The notes: generated by a model not told the origin, from the letters alone. A stretch of 64,000 bases of DNA from Guillardia theta CCMP2712 (GCF_000315625.1 NW_005434661.1:174878-238877); one strand, 5' to 3'; shown: positions 24,901 through 38,157, numbered from the stretch's first letter. Numbers and translations: made by a program.

Positions 24901-27738
24901 GATTGCAGAGAAAGTCACTGCGGAGTCACAGCAGCTTGATGGAGCTTCGGATAGACCGGAGACTCCACCACCCCGGTGGCCCGAACAGCAGAGCGAAGAA
25001 ACAGAATCGCTCCTCGAAGAGTTGCTTCGTTTCAAACAGCAGATTGTAGTCCACGGCCAAGACCAGGCTGCAGCACCAGCCGAATACACCTCGAACGTAG
25101 AAGCCTTCTCAGAGCCCAGCCCATTGCAGCGACTGAGGGAACGAGCGATGAACATGGATTTCAGCTCATCTGCCAGTATGAGCTCCCAAAATCTTGAAAA
25201 CAGCTACTCATTCATCGACAACGAAGTGCGCGCAGAGCAGAGTCAAATGTTCCTGCCGTTGATTCATTTCTCGGGGACCAGAAGACCAGCAAAGAGAGCA
25301 GAACGCAAGTACGTCGCAGCTGAGAATGAGGCAGGAATCAGGATGTCGCATATTTCGGGATACATGCAGATGCACAACTGCATGCTATGGCACCCTGATG
25401 CTGGGATGTTCACCACAGCCATCGGATCAAACATCATCGTTGAAGACCTGCACTCTCGCAAACAGAAGGTTCTGCACGAGCATGAAGAACAAATCTCCTG
25501 CATCGCCCTCTCGCCCGGTGGAAAGTGGCTCGCAACAGGCAGTGGCGTCCCTCTTGGGTCTAAGACGTCGGCTCCGATCTTCATCTGGGACTATGACAGC
25601 AGTATGACTGTGAGGCGACTGGACTATCATCAAGAGAGCATACAGAGCCTTGCATGGTCCCGGGATTCCACCTTATTGATCTCGGTAGGGAATTGCGAGC
25701 ACCCGAGGATTGTCGTGTGGAATGTGATGAAGGGCAGTATTGTAGCTGCCTCCGACTGCAACCGTGTCATCCACGACGTCAAGTTTTGCAGAAGTCTCAA
25801 CGAATTTGTCTCTGTGGGTCATGAGTTTGTGACTTTCTGGCTCCTGAACGAAGATTCAACCCTCCTCATGCAAGAGCTGACTGCGCCAGGGGACGATCCT
25901 GGAAACGTTCACTACACCTGCCTGGATGTGACTGGGGACAACGTCGTCTTTGTGGGCTCAGCAAACGGATGCGTGACGCAGTGGATTGCAAGTTCTGAGC
26001 AGAACGCGTTGATCGACACGTGGGAAACAGGCCAGGGAGAGCTGACGTCCATCTTCTCAAGGCAAGACAAAGTTTACACGTGTGGGCAGCATCCGCACAT
26101 TCGCGTGTGGGGCAAACCGATAGACAGCCTGACAAGCAACTCGGTCGCATGGCAGATGATCCGACAGATCAATCTTGACGGCCCCGCGAAATCCCTCAGC
26201 CTTGACGAGCGGGGCAGCGAGGGGGTGGCGTCCACCACCTGCGGTTCCCTCTGGCACTTTGGCGAGGACCCTCCCACCAGGATCGAGAGCGGACATTCCG
26301 AGGAGATCCTCGATGTCGCGTACAGCGACGATGGAGAGCTCCTGGCATCTTGTGCTGCAGACGGCAGAGTGATGGTGTGGACGGTGAAGGGAGCTCAGCA
26401 TCTCAAGAGTTTCGATGGAAGCCGCCATCCATGCTTGTGCATCGCGTTCGGTGTTGTACTTTTCTTGACGATACTCAGTCTTGCTGACTAGCTTTTCAGC
26501 CCCGACAGGCTCTTCCATCATCGCGGGATACTCAGATGGTGTTGCGCGAGAACTTGCTCTAACGGGGTCGACGAGCTCCGTGTCCAACGCTGTTCTGATC
26601 GACCAGGAGGCCATCACTGTTCGTGCCATGTTCCTTGAGAGGTCGCGCCTGACGCAGCGCAGGCCATCAGCTACTCGAGCTCCGGGCACTACATCCTCTG
26701 CGGGTTGCAAAAGGGAGGAGTCAGGGCTTTGAAGCCGCAGAGGAACGAAGTGAACGCTATCACCTGCATGTTTGTCGAAGAGGGAGCGATCTTGAGGTAC
26801 ACCTATCATGTGCCGATCCGCTGAGACTGAGAGACAAGCAGCATGAGCTACTCGTCCAACCATCCTGACTTGTGGCTGGCAACGTCATCGGTCGGAACTC
26901 TGCGCGTCTTCAAGTATGAGAGCTACTCGGGCAGATCGGAGCTCATCCTCTCGGTAATAGTCTGATCCTAAACCGCCACTACCACCTCCTCCTCCACCTC
27001 CCCCCATCCCCACCCATTCTCCTCTTCCAGCTGCTGACTGGTGGCATACAGGACTCTTTCGCTAACTCTGCTCCACTCTTCGCGGAGTTCTCTCGGTCAC
27101 AACAGAGCATGATCATCCTTGGAGGAATGGCGATCGGCGTTGGAATTCACTTCTACGATATCGAGGCTCAAAGGGTCAGATCCCCCAACTCCGCTTTTCG
27201 TGTCCTCGTCCTTCCCCTGTCCCTCGTCCCCCTCCTGCTCCTTTATCTCCCTCCCCTGACCTGATCTCACCTTCTGATCATGGAACAGGTTGTCAAGAAG
27301 TTTACGGAGATGGATCAGATCGCTACTTGCCTTTCCATCTCTCCCTCCAACTACCTCGTTGCCATCGGAACCGAAGATTGTCTGGTGAAGGTGGGTACAG
27401 GAAGCGAATGAGAGGGGCCAGAGCAAACAAAGAGTGAGATTGCCATAAGAAGAGGCGAGATCAGGTCGAGGTGAAGCTGGATAGAGGGAGAGAGTTCAAA
27501 GGAAGATCAGAGACGGATTATGGACAGGGGAGGAGGAATGGAGGAGGAGGGTCGGGCGGGAGTTGGAGCGATCGATCAGTCTGACGGCTTCTTGCAGGTA
27601 ATCGACTACGACGCAGGAACGTTTCAAGACTTCGCCGGACACTCTCACTCGCTCAAGAAGCTCAAGTTTGCTTCGCGAGGAGACATGATCGTGTCGTCGG
27701 GGAGCACAGAGATGGTCACGTGGCAAGTCTGCTTGTGA
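21917..27738 (+). CDS. WDR90: WD repeat protein 90 (POC16): N-terminal CFA20/DUF667 domain + multiple WD40 propellers
   Basis: SPFVNVFKH..GNVETVMDK.I...VYRIVG...AANYLRIP....SLQLTGRYVYIQL; a 1254-aa WD40 exon with GSEDRFLRVWPLDFSDYFLEAEH; ends FQDFAGHS...W. Confidence 0.9.
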
Positions 27739-27944
27739 GGGATGTACATTAACGAAAACTCTGTCGAATGCATGTGATATCATAATGAATCAAGGTTGTT
27801 GAACGATGTCAGACCGACGGCCAATGTCCAGCTCTCCTTCCACAGCTCACTTGAGGATGTCTTCTCCTTTTGCTTTCCTCGTCCCTACCCAGCCCAGCTC
27901 CCTTCACCTCTTTGCCTCCATATTCTCTTCCAAATCTCCTCCTC

Positions 27945-28657
27945 TCACTGCTGACTCACATTCTTCGCTTCTTCTTCGATGTGCCTTGCAAGCTCAATGT
28001 CCCTCTTCGACAACCCATCGCAGTCGTGCGTCGTCAGAGTGATGTCCACCTTGTTGTATACGTTCGTCCTGCAATGTCGCCATCAACCCTCGTCCTCCCA
28101 CCATCACAGAAGAATCTCACCATTCGGGGTGATGGTCAAGCCGATCAGCGTGCACAGCAACCCCCTGCATGAATTTGAAGGCCTTCTTGAAATCTTTGAA
28201 CTTGAACTTCTTGTGGATCGCGTCTCTTGTGTCCATGACTGACCATCCTTCAGCCATCAGAGGATCGAGGAGATCTCGCTTCTCCTCCTCTTGCAGTCGC
28301 TCTGCTCTCTGGCTCATCCCTCTGCTCGGCAGGAAACCGTTGGTTGATGATGTCCTAGCGTGGCTTCAATCATCAACCAAATCCGCCTCCAATGATTACC
28401 ACTACCCTGCCCATCCTACCACCGCCATCACCGCCATCACCACCACCACCACCACCACCACCTCCTCCTCCTCCTCCTCCTCCTCCTCCTCCTCCTCCTC
28501 CTCCTCCTCCTCCTCCTCCTCCTCCTCCTCCTCCTCCTCCTCCTCCTCTGCTGGCTTTCTTCAAATCTACATGATACTCATCCATAATTCCTCATTGAGG
28601 ATACCACGATGCAGATGCTTGACAGAGCCGGCGAGCCAGTGGCTGGAAGCTCCGCAT
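27945..28657 (-). CDS. PCBD: Pterin-4-alpha-carbinolamine dehydratase with mitochondrial-type presequence
   Basis: [28 protein letters not shown]|[26 protein letters not shown]. First exon [17 protein letters not shown] is Arg/Ser-rich with no acidic residues. Confidence 0.9.
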
Positions 28658-31526
28658 AAACCTTGAATCGAACAATTCCCTCAGTTCCTCAGCGAGTTGC
28701 CAACCCACACCTTCACTGTTATCATCAAGTCGTCTACTTGATCTATTGATCTCCTCTCTCTTCACCCTATCGACATGTTCTGACTTCGTCTCGACTCGCC
28801 ATCCCCTCCTCGCTCCATTCTTTGCGCCCGAGTCTGGTCACTTGTTGCACCCCCCGCAACAAGCCTGCCTCGCCCGACTCATCAGTTGTTCAAACCTGCC
28901 CCGCCGGCCCGGCCCCTACTACCCGGCCCCGGCACTCAGGGCCTCCGGGGCCCAGTCGGAGGGTCTGAGTGTGGAGGCGCTTTCACTAGTAGTCTATCTC
29001 GTCACGGTGGCAGTCGTTTCTGCCTGGGCAAGCTTCTAGAAGGAATGTTCTGGAAGGCTGGACCCGCTCTCTTTGGAAACCCCCTGGACCCCTCCCTTAC
29101 CTGCAGCGACCGCTGCAGGGGTGGATCACGTGGCCCCTGGTGCAGGGGTAGGGTCACAGCTACCACCCTGATGTCTTCGCTTATGAGGGGCAACGGAAGG
29201 GTGGTCAAGGTACCATACTTTTTAGTTACTTTGGGCCGACACATAAAAACGATTTCTTTTATGTGGTTACCCTTTCCACCCCATCACCACCCCCTTACCC
29301 CCAAAATGTATTACAAGTACAGGGGTCCAATCAGTGGGTGGTGTCAGCAAAACTGGTCCTCCACCCCACCCCACCGTTTAAGATTCTAACCCACCATCAT
29401 TACATCTGTAAAGTGCAGGAAAGATAACCGGTCATCTGTGAGCGCCTGCTCTATTGCCAGTGTTCTAGAGCATGTAGTAACGTGACCTCACCTATCAAAG
29501 GGGGGGGCGGGGACAAACAGATTTGTAGCGCAGGTACGTTCCCCTGAAGTGTCTACCACACTGATAGCGATAATGGTACAGATAAATTGTACACAAGAGA
29601 TAATTTAAAACAAAATATCTGTACTATATTCAGTGACTTATTTATAATCTTTACTTGGTCTTTGCGTGAATCCACCGCTGGTACTAAAAAAGCTGTTTCA
29701 TTCCTCCTTTGCGGTACAAATCCTTTATGGGTATTTGAGTTGCAATCCTGTAGTAGGGTGGGTTTAAAATTGGTTGCCCAAAAGCATCGTCATCCGACAC
29801 TCGGGGGTCGTTCTGGAAGGATCTGCAGATTTCTTTGTGGATATTGGCGTGCATTTGTTTCGTGTAGCAATCTTTGAAACGAAGACAAGGTACCCTAGCA
29901 TTAATTACCTATTCAGATACATGATGCATTCTGCTTCCTCGTCCCAAGAAGATTATACACCAAAAAATCCGATGAAAAGCTTTGCCATTTAAGAATGGAA
30001 TATGCTCCACATAAAATGTCTGTACCCCTATGTCCTCATAGGGGGTAGCGGGTATTGTTGGAAAGAACATGGGTCCGGACTAGTTCAGAAGGGGGTGAGG
30101 GTCCTCAAACTTCTGGAAGGAATTTCTGTGCATGATGTGGGGTAGGGTCTGAATCCGGGGAGACGGGAATGAGGTAGGGTACCTGGTATGCGGGGTGGGG
30201 CGAATACAGGTAGCTCAGGCATTGCAGGGTCCGGATGGCAGGGGTGAGTACGGACCGGTGAAAAGGTGGTCAGCAGAACGGGTATATTGATCCCATAATT
30301 TAAAAGGAGAGGCAGGGGTTGCAGGGGCAGGGGTCGGATTGGCAAGCGAAAACGTCAGGTAGGGTGGTATTCTCTACCCCTTCCCCTTGTTTCAATCATT
30401 GGGTCGTTGGGGTACCGTACTTCTCAAATTTACAGGGGTCTTCTACAGATGGGTAGGGGCCTACAGGGGCTGCGAACACTTGGAGGGGTCCAAGGCGAAA
30501 ATGGTCATGCACATGGGTGCTTGAAAGGCCCAGAGCAGGCATATAACCACCTGACAGTACTGTGTATGAGGACCAGTGGGGATGAAGGAGGAGGGGTGGG
30601 GTTCTAACTTGACAATGAGACAGAGTGGGGTAGAGGGGATCCCTTCTCCGATGGGTGGTGGGGGGTGGGTGAGGGATCTTTAGAACTGAGGATGCAGGCA
30701 CATAACCACCCAACCCTTGATAAGAAGTCGAGTTGATTAAAGGGGGTAGGGTGATTGACGATGGGTAGGTGGTGGTGAATGGTCTGATTGTGGAATAGGG
30801 GTGAAACTTTGCAAAGTTTCTACACGTAGATTGGAAGGGTGGTTTTGGGGGGATATGGGTGGGTACTGTGAAAGAACACCACCTAGTCTCAAGTCGAACT
30901 CAGGGGTACCAAATGTACTTGAGTGAACGTGTCGAATGGGCAGGGTAGGTGTTGTGAGGACAGTCTTCCAAGGGGGTAGGGGTGGAGCTTGTAGGGGTGG
31001 AATTGCAGGGGATAATTGGGAGTCGGGAGGGGAGGAGCAAGAGTCCCTGATCGCAGTGTTCGCGACACGCAGTTGTGTACGAAGACCCCTTCTGTGTGTA
31101 TTGTTGTTTCCTGCCAGCCTCACGTTCATTCTTTCACTTCTATCCATCTCTCCCTACTATCTCGCTCGTGAGCTTGGCAGTTGTGGGATTCTCTCAAAGT
31201 TTGTTCCGCAAGTTTACGTGGGAAGTACTCATTGCTGGTTGTGATCGGTTTAAGATCCTCTGTGCGCACGTAAAGGTGACGCTGCTCAAAAAGGTTCGCA
31301 ATTTTTCCGGTTGATTGTCTCCCCTTCGCGAAAACGTCGAGGCTTCTGTGACGTTTTCGGTGTGCAAGTCGACTTTGTGATTGACTTCAATTTGGTGCTC
31401 TACCTCCTACTTGAAAACTACGATGTGTACTTTTTACACTTCTTTCGCACTCCTGCCGACCACGGATTTCCAGTGAGTGAACCTTTCGTTCTTTATCCTC
31501 AGTAACAAGCGCGCAGGCCGTCGGTG

Positions 31527-32606
31527 ATGCGTTCCGCACAGTGCATTCTGTTGCCACATTGCAAGCATGTCGAGCGAACTGGTGCACGAAGGGCCTGCAA
31601 ACTGGAAGTTGTTGCAAGGCCTCACAAGCGTGGGTATATCACGGTTGCGTGTAAGGCTGGTCACCAGTGGGTGTGGTGCCAGCGATGCTGTGACTGTAAC
31701 TTGGAGTATAAGGGTTGTACTCAACCGCAACACTGGCTTGAACGTGATTCATTTGACACTGGCAAAAGGAATCATATGCAATGCCATTCGACTAATTGCT
31801 CCACACCACCGAAGGTTCTTGGAAAGAGGCAGCGTTCATCGCCAACCTGTGTTGCCACTGCGGAATCGTCAGCACCGAGGCTGCTTCCAATCTCGGCATT
31901 GCTCTCAAACGCTTGCAATGATGGCAACAAAATCCCAACGCTTGTAACTCCTGACCTGCAGTTTGATAAGCATCTGCAACCGTCTTGCGCCTTGCCACCG
32001 TCGACTTACCCTATCATGCAACCACTGCAAGATGCTACTGTTGACTCGAAGAAGAATGTTTGCATGCTTGGTCATTGCAAGTATGTCGACAGGAAGCAAT
32101 CCAAGTTCTGCATGTGTTCTCTGACCTTGCGAAGTCATCCTCGCGGATTGACAATGATCTCTTGCTCGGCGGGACACCAATACGTGTGGTGCCGTCAATG
32201 CTGCAACTGTACGCCCGCTGGATCATATGGATGTAAAAATCCAAATCACTGGCTGGAGCGGGATAGCTTTGATACCGGTAAGAGAAATCACATGCAGAGA
32301 CACATCAAGGATGAAGTTGACGTGAAACCTCTTCTTGGTCTGTCTTGCACGAATGACAGTCCGTCGCCAGAACCTTTGCATGAAATCGGCGAAGGGAATG
32401 AACTCAAGCGAATCAAGCTGATGCCTGAAGAAGTCAAGCTTCCGGCAGTGACCGAACTGCGAGCATCGTTTGGTTCGCATGTTTGCTTTGATGGTCAAAA
32501 GCAGGTCGAATCGTCCGATGACCTCGCAAGCCAGCTCGGTTCGGTGAACACGACTGCAGCCGTTCTCGCGCTCGTCGCCCTGCAGCAGTCTTTTGCAGTC
32601 GAATGA
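31527..32606 (+). CDS. Intronless protein with two copies of a Cys/His-rich putative Zn-binding domain; putative transcription regulator
   Basis: 360-codon ORF with an internal duplication of ~80 aa sharing HWLERDSFDTGKRNHMQ, a KRQR NLS-like motif and C-terminal AAVLALVAL. Confidence 0.8.
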   Translation: MRSAQCILLPHCKHVERTGARRACKLEVVARPHKRGYITVACKAGHQWVWCQRCCDCNLEYKGCTQPQHWLERDSFDTGKRNHMQCHSTNCSTPPKVLGKRQRSSPTCVATAESSAPRLLPISALLSNACNDGNKIPTLVTPDLQFDKHLQPSCALPPSTYPIMQPLQDATVDSKKNVCMLGHCKYVDRKQSKFCMCSLTLRSHPRGLTMISCSAGHQYVWCRQCCNCTPAGSYGCKNPNHWLERDSFDTGKRNHMQRHIKDEVDVKPLLGLSCTNDSPSPEPLHEIGEGNELKRIKLMPEEVKLPAVTELRASFGSHVCFDGQKQVESSDDLASQLGSVNTTAAVLALVALQQSFAVE

Positions 32607-33662
32607 TGTAGCATTTTCGCACTTCTTACTTCTATTAATCCCTCCATGTGTGCACACTAATCTTTGTATTATATTTTGCTTACTTGAGTTGAACTTGTAT
32701 TAAAATGAGATATACCACATCTGTGTGAGTGTCAAACGAAAATCATTCAGTTCTTCATTGAAACCGAGGCATTTTTTTGATAGTATCGAGTGTGACTGTA
32801 ACACGAACGAAGAACTCGGAACTTATCATCAACCACCGGACGATGCGCCGCATTAGCCGCTCCGAGCTCAGCGTTCGTACGGTCACGATCATCGGATCGG
32901 GTGATGAACTTGCCAGGAACATCCGAGCTTTGCAAGGTGAAGGTGCACGCGGCATGCCCACGGTGAGATTTGCCCGCCACCGTACCTTTCGGAAGTCACT
33001 CGGCGTCATGAATCACAGGCTACTAGGCTAGCGCAATTCACTGACTCGGACACGCCGCCGCCGACCTGCCGCGCGAGCTGCCTGCGAGTCGCCGCGGCCG
33101 CAAGTTCGAAGAGCCACTCGAGTCAGTGCCGCTGAGCCGCTGAGCCTGCCCGCCGGGCGCTGTCGCGGCACCCGGGCGGCCCGCCGGCGCCCGGTTGTGA
33201 CTCAGACGGCGGGCGAACCCGGCGAGTCGACCCGGTGACTGACAGGCTGCCAGGCCCGGGGACCGTACTAGGTGACCGGTCACAGGCTCACTGCCCGGCA
33301 CTGCGCAGCAGTGCCGCCGCCCGGCGCCCGATCGGATCGGACAGTACCGCCGGTCAGGCTCGGTGGACGGTCCGTTTCCCGCCCCGGCCGGGCCCCGGGC
33401 CGGGCCGCGTGTCTCAAGTTTTGGCGGCCCGTCGTTACCACCCCCTGCATTCATATGGAACCCCTTGGGATACTCAGCCACCAAGCGCTGACCGAGCGAA
33501 GGAGCTCAAGCTGCTTGAGATGCTTGAAATATCCTTTAAGATAATTGGGTAATCAATCACCTTCAAGGAGATTGAAATTGAAGTTATAGCCCCACCCCCC
33601 AATATTGAGTACCCCACCCATTTGTTCATGTATGCCCTCCACTTCCTTGTAGGCCTGGCGCC

Positions 33663-35231
33663 ATGCAGGGCGCTGCGGAGAAGACTGAAGGCGCGGCAGG
33701 TGGGGAGATGAGCAAGAGTAGACAGGAGAGGAGCATGAACGAGGACAGAAACATGCACCGGAACAGAGCTCAAAATATCTGCTGCGAACATGCGATGCAA
33801 TGGCAGACTGCGGTGGAGGGTGGAGGAAAGGGGATCCCGTTGCTAGAAGAGGGGGGGTGGGGAGAGAAGAGAGGGAGTGTAGTGAAGATGTAGCTGATAG
33901 CAGGTAGACTAGAATTCCAGACGATGATAGCAGGTAGACTAGAATTCCAGATGATGATAGCAGGTAGACTAGAATTCCAGATGATGAGAAGGGGAAAGGA
34001 TCTCTGCAAGGAGCAGGACGGAGCTTAGCTCGAGATGGATTGAGGAAGTGAAGGAATACTTGACCGTCTCATGTCTGCAGAGCCTGCAGAGCCTTCCGAT
34101 GTGCCGAAGACATCCGTTATGTCGAGGTTCTCATCTCTTGTGACGTGCGAACGACCTCACGCTCCTTGACTCCAGCCCGAACAAGATCTGCGCCCCGAAG
34201 CCAGGGGCTCAGGCCACGAAGAGGAAGTGGGGCGACGAGAAGAAGTTCGTCGTGGCAGCAAGAGCGTTGCAGATCGACTCGGCTAGGCGGGGATACGAGT
34301 CACATGACGTCTGTCAGGTTCAGAATGGTCGTCTGGTGCGCATCTGCGATGTCTTTGGTACGTCAAGATCACAAGCGTCGAGGACCTCGGATGGAAGCAC
34401 CTGGCTTCCTCTAAGAAAGATCGCGCAAAGGTCACTGAAACTACCCACCGACGCTTCTCCTCCGGCCTTGAAGACAACTGACTTGGCAGTGTCACTTTGG
34501 CAGGTGACTTCCTGCCTGATCTCCAACTCTCTCGTCCCCAATCTATTCTCTTCGTTCTGCATTCCCTCCAACTTCAACCGGCCCTTCCTCCCCACCATTG
34601 CAACCGCGACTTTCACAGCACATCCTCCAGCTCTTGTGGTTTGCGGGGAATGACCTTGACTTTCAGTTCGGCGACTTGGGTCCAGCTGCCTACCTGCCAA
34701 GCTCCCTCGCCATCTCCAGCTGGCAGCCGTTGTCCAAGTTTCCCAAAGATCTGATGCCAGTGCGGAGGCCCTTCCTCGTCGTCCTTCCTGTCGATGTGAG
34801 CGCGTGAGGCATGGCCAAGCTCTCCTCATGCGCTGGCAGGGCGACGACAAGGCGTCTGAGCGAGACCTCGCCAACCTGGAGAAGCACCTGACCAGCAGCG
34901 AGCAGGGAGCTTTGATCCGCGTGCGATCCATGGAGGCAGTGGCCTGTGCCAGCGACAGCATCAGCACGTTCAGGTGCGTGCGGAATTGAGGGAGGAAGGC
35001 TTGACTGCTCGTCGCAGAACGAGCAGCGATGAAGTTCTGCTCTTGGTACCCCCAGAACATCCCAAAGTGAAGTGGGAGATACAAAACCCGAAGGTGACAC
35101 TGGATGCGGGAGGAAAGGTAGAGATGACAAGGCTCGCAGATCGAGGCTTCTGTCTGTTTGCTGGGCTTCTTCGTCACGCAAAGCAGCGAGGGGGAAGGGA
35201 ACACTTGTTGACCTTGCAGCATGTAAAGTAA
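33663..35231 (+). CDS. Hypothetical multi-exon protein with SPOC-like C-terminus (start uncertain)
   Basis: Exons PNKICAPKPG...KRKW, LAVSLWQ, DLANLEKHLTSSEQGALIRV and EVLLLVPP...FCLFAGLL resemble the SPOC consensus (L..YL...AG..LYLVPP..LLGVV). Confidence 0.45.
33895..33987. repeat. 30-bp tandem repeat x3 (probably intronic)
   Basis: Unit TGATAGCAGGTAGACTAGAATTCCAGAYGA. Confidence 0.9.
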
Positions 35232-35354
35232 ACACTCAGATCAAAGCGTGAGATTTCAGCGTGAGGGACAAGAACGCATTGACCACACTCAGGGTCTTCA
35301 TCCCAGCATATCATCTAATGTAAACTTGGCTTTCACTTCCTGCTACTAGTATGG

Positions 35355-37291
35355 CTATCCGTTTTCGTCTCCGCCCTCTTCGTTTTCCTCCCTGCAGACT
35401 TGCTTCTGATCAGTGCTCTTCGTTGTCTTCAGCTGGCTCATCTTGGAAATGGACATGAACGGAGAGCTGGTTATCAGTGAGCGGCTGTTGTTTCCCCCGC
35501 ACATCCTTGCTCTTGAGATCTTTGATCTGCAATCCGATGGAGTCAGAAAGCATGCACTCTCCTCCGCTGACTTCATCGTGCCAATGGCATCTGCATCTCA
35601 CCCTACCGGCCCCTCCTCCTCGTCCTCCCCCTCTCTGCTCTTCGAATCAAGGTACCTGCGCCATCAGGCGAGCGTTCAGTCGAACTACCGCCTGTCCTTT
35701 CTCCGTGATTGCGTCCATGTCCGCCCTCAGCTTCTCGTTCTGCTTCCTTGCAACATCCTGCCATCGCCTGGTCATTGACCGACAGCTCAGTCACTTGCCT
35801 ACCCTCTCTTGCGCCAGTTGTCGATTTTCGTTCTGAAGCGCCAGCACTTCACTCTCGAGCAGCTTGTCTGCAATTGGAGTGAGTTTAACATGCACACAAG
35901 AATGATAAGCTTACAATTCTGAGAGAGTTGTTCATATTCCTGAGTCAGTTGCTGCATTTGCAATCTAATATCGTTTTGTTCAAAATGAGATGTCTTCTCC
36001 TGTAATGACAAAACCATCATTCAGGTGTTTACAGGAGGAGAAGTGCTCATACCTTGTTTGTTCGTTTCCCTACAGCTTTTGAATCAGTTCTCTTTGTTAT
36101 CTTACTTTCATTTCTGCTTGCTGTCGCTTTTGCCTCTTGCGTTACCGAGTGGTTGTTGATTATGGAGTCGTCTTGGCTGCCTTTTCCTGCTCGCATCTTG
36201 TTCCATCCATGCCATTTGAGAAGACTAGCAGGAGTTGACTGAGAGGAAGATATCGGCGACATGATTCCTTCCGCGCTCCCTCGAGGAGAAACGAGGCTCG
36301 GAGTCTTTGTCTTGCTCATGATCTGCTCCAACGTCTTGGTCTTGAGCTCATTCTTTCGCAGCTCCTCGTGGAAGTCAAAGGCGCCAACACAGAAGTTCTC
36401 GTTGCTGTCGTCACTCAAGATGCTGGAGATGCCGCTCCACGACTGCCTCGCGCTTCTGCCTCGAGTCAGGTTAGGTGAGGGCATCTGCTTCTGCTGCGGA
36501 GCTCTGTCCCCGTTGTCAGAGATTGGCGTCCGGGAGCGGGAGATGCCCGAGTCTGACCTCGGCGTCAACCTCCCAGTAGACTGAGCCTTCTCCAGCAACC
36601 GCTTGCTGGTGGCGGTGATGAAGCTCTTCTGCTGGGTAGCTTGCTGCAGCTTCTCTTCTGCCTCTTGCAACAACCTCTCTCTCTTCTCCCGCCGCTTCTG
36701 CAGGTACTCACACGTCAGCCTCTCCATCGCATCCTGCCCTCCGTCTCGGGACAAGACCAGTCGCTCAGAGTTGTGATCTATCTTCGGAGAGAAAGTGCTG
36801 TTCTTCTGCTCTTGCATCTGCAGCTCTTGCAATCGACCCTGGCTCTTCTCCTTGGCTTTCTTCCCGAACTCTATCAGTCGCTCATGCACAGGGCCATGCC
36901 GGTCGCCTTTCCGCATCAGCAGAATCCTCGAGACTTCGTTCATCACTGAGATCGGAGGGTCTTCTGACGTCTCCTTCGACACCGCTGGGCTCTTGCTCGC
37001 TCCTCGTGAGTGCAGGGGCTCTGCTCTTAGGTAAGGATTCTTATCGACCAGACCCAGAGATCGTTTTGACAGCTCAGGTTTGAAAGAGCAACCCTCTACC
37101 TCCTTCTCGGCCCTCTGCTGCATGACAGCGTTGAACCTCTCCTGTCTCCTTGCTTTCTGTTCCATCGCTTCCTGTACTGGGCTCTTGGATCTACTTGTCC
37201 TCGGAGTTTTCTCGGGCGTGAAGCTCCATGCTCTATGCTCGTACAGGCTCTGACTTGCTGCCATGTTTGCCCCGTCACCAGCGCCCTGCAT
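35355..37291 (-). CDS. Hypothetical coiled-coil protein with repeated [ST]F.P.[IL] motifs (cytoskeletal type)
   Basis: ORF 36047-37327 with CSFKPELSKRS, STFSPKIDHNS, VHERL and MERL; downstream coiled-coil exons to ~35355. Ends approximate. Confidence 0.6.
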
Positions 37292-38157
37292 GGAGTACTC
37301 AAGAATCGAAAGCCCAAGAAGTCCCAAGAGACAACCGAGGTTGTCAGAGTTCCGCGAGCGATCTGATAGCCATCCTACCTGATACGGGAGAAGGGGAAGA
37401 AGGAAACGGAGAGAGAAAACAGAGGCCTACAGGGGAAGGCGGCTAGGGCAAGAAAAGCGAGAGGAGAGGAGAGGAGAGAAGTGGAGAGAGGAAGAGGAGA
37501 GAAGAGGAGAGGGAGAGAGAAGGGGAGAGGACGAGGAGTGGGGAGACGTAAGGAGAGGAGCAGAGGACCAGAGGACCAGAGGAGGGGATGTTGTACGATC
37601 CTCCGATCCTTCAGCCCTGCCACCCCAACGCCGCCATGAGGAGCCCAGTTGCCTCTCACCTTCACTTGCAACCCCCGGGCCTCTGGTCATTTGTGTGTGT
37701 ACTACCTTCAAGGTGGAACATTTTCCTTTAATCTCTCAAGTAAAATCAACATAGTGTCCTCGCTGCCCTCTTGCCACGCACCTCACACCCCCCCGGTGGA
37801 CCTATGGGTGCTGCGGCTCATAACTGAAATGTCTGGCAAGAATTGAACGACTGATGTCACAGTGAGGGTGACAAGACGAGAGAGCAGAGAAGAGAAGAGA
37901 AGAGAAGAGAAGAAGAGAAGAAGAAGAAGAGAAGGAGAAGAAGAAGAGAAGAGGAGGAGAAGAAAGAGAAGAGAAGAGAGGGCTGAGAGAAGGGAGAAGA
38001 GAGGGGAGAAGGGAGGGGAGGAGAGAGGAGAGAGGAGAGAGGAGAGGAGAGGAGAAGAGAGAGGAGAGAAAAGGGAGAAGGGAGAGGGGAGTGGAGCCGG
38101 AAGACTCAGGAGGCGAGTGATGGAGCATTCAGCCTCTGGGCATGGAGAATCGTTACA

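Noticed and set aside
32747-33031. Small ORFs on both strands (77-84 aa)
   Set aside because: No motifs or splice support; cannot be told from chance.
33895-33987. 30-bp repeats resembling CRISPR or C/D-box (ATGATGA)
   Set aside because: Head-to-tail copies without spacers; no convincing D box or terminal stem.
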